The notes beneath the pieces are model-generated. The model did not search any database, was not told the origin of the DNA, and saw only the letters and a list, made by a program, of their open reading frames with translations. Positions 25,861-28,366 of a DNA stretch of 28,366 nt are shown in pieces (the stretch's first letter is position 1; each line of letters begins with the position of its first letter). This DNA is from an uncultured Gammaproteobacteria bacterium (GTDB lineage: Bacteria; Patescibacteriota; Patescibacteriia; UBA10025; JAHIVO01). A program made the translations under genes and the position numbers. The DNA is taken from NCBI GenBank assembly GCA_964493105.1, contig CAZBNI010000001.1, forward strand, positions 1-28,366, given 5' to 3'.

Positions 25861-27444
25861 TTATCTCGGCCCAGCGTTACGCACTTCGTCAGATGCGTGT
25901 ATAAATTTCTTAAAATTTTTCTTGAATAATCCAGCCAGTTCCTTGGCCTGCTTCTGATACGCGTCTTTATCTTCCCATGTATTCACTGGGTTGAGAATGT
26001 CTGTAGGAACACCCGGACATTCTTTAGGGATCATTACGTTAAACACTGGATGTTCCTGATATTCAACTTTGTCCAGCTTTCCTTCCAGCGCCGCAGTTAC
26101 CATTGCCCGTGTAAGCTTAATGGCCATACGCTCGCCTACACCGTACGGCCCGCCTGTCCAGCCGGTGTTGATTAAAAAAACATTAGTCCCGTATTTTTTA
26201 ACACAATCACGCAGCAAGTTGGAATACACCATGGGCATACATGGCATAAACGGCTCTCCAAAAAAAGCGGAAAAAGTCGCTTGCGGTTCAGTGATTCCGC
26301 GTTCAGTGCCGGCCAACTTGCTGGTATACCCTGACATAAAATGGTACATGGCCTGTTCGTGCCGAAGTTTGGCAATCGGCGGCATCACACCGAACGCATC
26401 CGCAGTCAAAAAAACAATAGTCTTCGGATGTCCACCAAGGCCGGATAGTTCCGCATCTGGAATATGTTCAATCGGATAAGCTGCCCGCGTATTCTCGGTT
26501 ATTGACGAATCCGCAAAATCAAATTCTTTGGTAGCCGGATCAATCACTACATTTTCCACTACCGCGCCGTGTTTGATTGCGTCAAAAATCTGTGGCTCAT
26601 GTTCTCTGCTTAAGTTAATACACTTTGCGTAACAGCCAGCTTCAAAATTAAAAATACCATCATCTGACCAGCCATGCTCATCATCGCCGATCAACTTGCG
26701 GTTTGGATCCGCTGATAAGGTTGTTTTACCAGTACCTGATAAACCAAAAAATAATGCTGTCCGGCCGTCCTGGCCGATATTTGCGGAACAATGCATGGGC
26801 AGAACACCGGATTCCGGCATCAGAAAATTCATCACCGTAAAAATGGATTTTTTTATTTCACCGCCGTACATAGACGTGCCGATCAAAACAATCTTTTTTT
26901 TATAATTAATTACAATAAACGCTTCAGAATTCACGCCGTGCTTTTTAGGATCAGCTTTACATCCAGGTGCAACCAGAATCGTAAATCCCGGTTTATGATT
27001 TTCTAACTCTTCCTGCGTTGGCCGACGCAACAGCTGGTGTGTTAGTAAACTTTGGGCCGCCAGCTCGTTAATCACACGGACTTTTAGTGAGTGCTTGGGG
27101 TCTGCCCCAACCGCACCGTCAAAAATAAACAACTCATTCCGCTGGGATAAATATTTCCGAATATGATCGTGCAAAACATTAAATTGCTTCTCTGAAATTG
27201 GTATATTAATTTTTCCCCAATTAATCTTGTCGTGTACCGAAGGCTCGTCAACAATAAAACGATCATTTGGAGATCGCCCTGTATATTTTCCCGTTTGAAT
27301 TGTGAGCGCGCCAACCTTGCTGATCTCGCCTTCACCGCGATCTACTGATTTTTTGATTAACTCATCAATGCCTAAATTTCGATGAATCGGTCCAGTGCTT
27401 TTAATACCTATTTTCGAAAGCCCATGATCGTTTGTGTTTGTCAT
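25861..27444 (-). CDS. pckA: Phosphoenolpyruvate carboxykinase (ATP)
   Basis: TGKYTGRSPNDRFIV, YGGEIKKSIF, PMHCSAN, FFGLSGTGKTTLSADP, IGDDEHGW, FNFEAGCYAK, ENTRAAYP, NTGWTGG. Confidence 0.98.
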   Translation of the reverse strand: MTNTNDHGLSKIGIKSTGPIHRNLGIDELIKKSVDRGEGEISKVGALTIQTGKYTGRSPNDRFIVDEPSVHDKINWGKINIPISEKQFNVLHDHIRKYLSQRNELFIFDGAVGADPKHSLKVRVINELAAQSLLTHQLLRRPTQEELENHKPGFTILVAPGCKADPKKHGVNSEAFIVINYKKKIVLIGTSMYGGEIKKSIFTVMNFLMPESGVLPMHCSANIGQDGRTALFFGLSGTGKTTLSADPNRKLIGDDEHGWSDDGIFNFEAGCYAKCINLSREHEPQIFDAIKHGAVVENVVIDPATKEFDFADSSITENTRAAYPIEHIPDAELSGLGGHPKTIVFLTADAFGVMPPIAKLRHEQAMYHFMSGYTSKLAGTERGITEPQATFSAFFGEPFMPCMPMVYSNLLRDCVKKYGTNVFLINTGWTGGPYGVGERMAIKLTRAMVTAALEGKLDKVEYQEHPVFNVMIPKECPGVPTDILNPVNTWEDKDAYQKQAKELAGLFKKNFKKFIHASDEVRNAGPR

Positions 27445-27575
27445 ATATTTATTGAGTATGGTTATTAGTTAAAATGTTTTAAGAAATGAGTATGGTTGTA
27501 AGTTGAATGTTAAATGTAAGAAAAACTAATGATCTTAAATAGATAACTAAACTAATTTCCTTAAACTAACAACTT

Positions 27576-28366
27576 TCAACTTATCTCCGGGCTAACTTCC
27601 TTAAACTTATGACCTTTTTTTACTAACTCTTTACACGTTGTATATAAATTATCGAAAATCTGTTGCAATTTATCAGCACCGACTGACGAAAATGCCACAC
27701 GAATCATATTGCCGATCGAAATCAAACCGGTATCATAGCGCTCCAGTAAATGCTTGCGCACTTCTTCAGCATTCAACTTATCCGATAACTGCAAACACAT
27801 AAAATATCCTGAATTAAAAGGCAGTGGAGTAAAGTATTCTTCATATTCATTATGAGACGACAAAATGATTTTAATTTTACTATACCGCTCTTTCAGGAGC
27901 TCGCTTTTTTCTTTTTTCTCTTCATCATATCCTTTAGAACTGAATGCTTTTAATAATAATGCCTGCGAAATGTTGGGCGAATTGGATGATGTTCCCCGTA
28001 CCGCGCCCGCCGCCTTGTCTTCCAAAGCACCATATAAAGCTTTGGAGCCTCCTTTTATTCCAAATGTAATAAACCCAATCCGGAAACCCCATACATACTC
28101 TTCTTTTGTACAACCGTCAAGCTTAATAGCCAACAAATTCTCATGCAGATTACATAGTTTGCTAAAAATCGATTCTGTATACACGCCATCTTCATACACC
28201 AACCCAAAGTACGCGTCATCACACAGCACAACGAGCTGATAATCTTGAACGTATTTTTCCAACTCAGTTACAAGCTTGTCCGCTTCCTCATTGGTGGGCG
28301 TATACCCTGTTGGGTTGTTTGGAAAATTCAGTAGTAATATCTTTGCTTCTGATTTTTTAAGCGTAT
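27576..28366 (-). CDS. Class I/II PLP-dependent aminotransferase (aspartate aminotransferase-like), 5'-truncated
   Basis: Frame open to the window edge: LLNFPNNPTGYTP, LCDDAYFGL, KLDGCTKEEYVWGFRIGF (PLP lysine), PFNSGYFM, IRVAFS. Confidence 0.9.
   Translation of the reverse strand, partial: TLKKSEAKILLLNFPNNPTGYTPTNEEADKLVTELEKYVQDYQLVVLCDDAYFGLVYEDGVYTESIFSKLCNLHENLLAIKLDGCTKEEYVWGFRIGFITFGIKGGSKALYGALEDKAAGAVRGTSSNSPNISQALLLKAFSSKGYDEEKKEKSELLKERYSKIKIILSSHNEYEEYFTPLPFNSGYFMCLQLSDKLNAEEVRKHLLERYDTGLISIGNMIRVAFSSVGADKLQQIFDNLYTTCKELVKKGHKFKEVSPEIS

Noticed and set aside
1-28366. CRISPR array, IS/transposase, integrase, prophage or rRNA
   Set aside because: No regularly spaced repeats, recombinase motifs, terminal inverted repeats with target duplications, or rRNA-like sequence seen

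Overview
The window reads as core chromosome of a probable Patescibacteria (CPR, Parcubacteria-like) bacterium. The lineage is inferred from protein style: CPR-type MurE, RpoC ending at PAGTGF, and an ftsK-rodZ-recA block. Almost all genes lie on the minus strand. Left to right: (1) a >1348-aa protein missing from the ORF track, combining an N-terminal MerR/excisionase-type HTH, one membrane span, a subtilisin (S8) protease and a Cys-rich tail; (2) a 66-aa orphan, plsX with a hydrophobic insertion, and a 118-aa orphan; (3) recA, rodZ-like, ftsK, rpoC, rpoB; (4) a broken NUDIX gene containing a fragment of an NAD(P)HX epimerase; (5) murE, DUF389, a lipoprotein, an ArnT/PMT glycosyltransferase (+ strand); (6) metK with a SAM-I riboswitch; (7) an unannotated ~235-nt structured RNA candidate with its own sigma70 promoter; (8) a degenerate ORF and a palindrome-rich spacer; (9) pckA and a partial class I/II aminotransferase. 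The best candidates for new biology are the HTH-TM-protease giant protein, the structured RNA, the NUDIX/NnrE chimera and the membrane-anchored PlsX. All translations and RNA folds were done by hand; no database searches were run.
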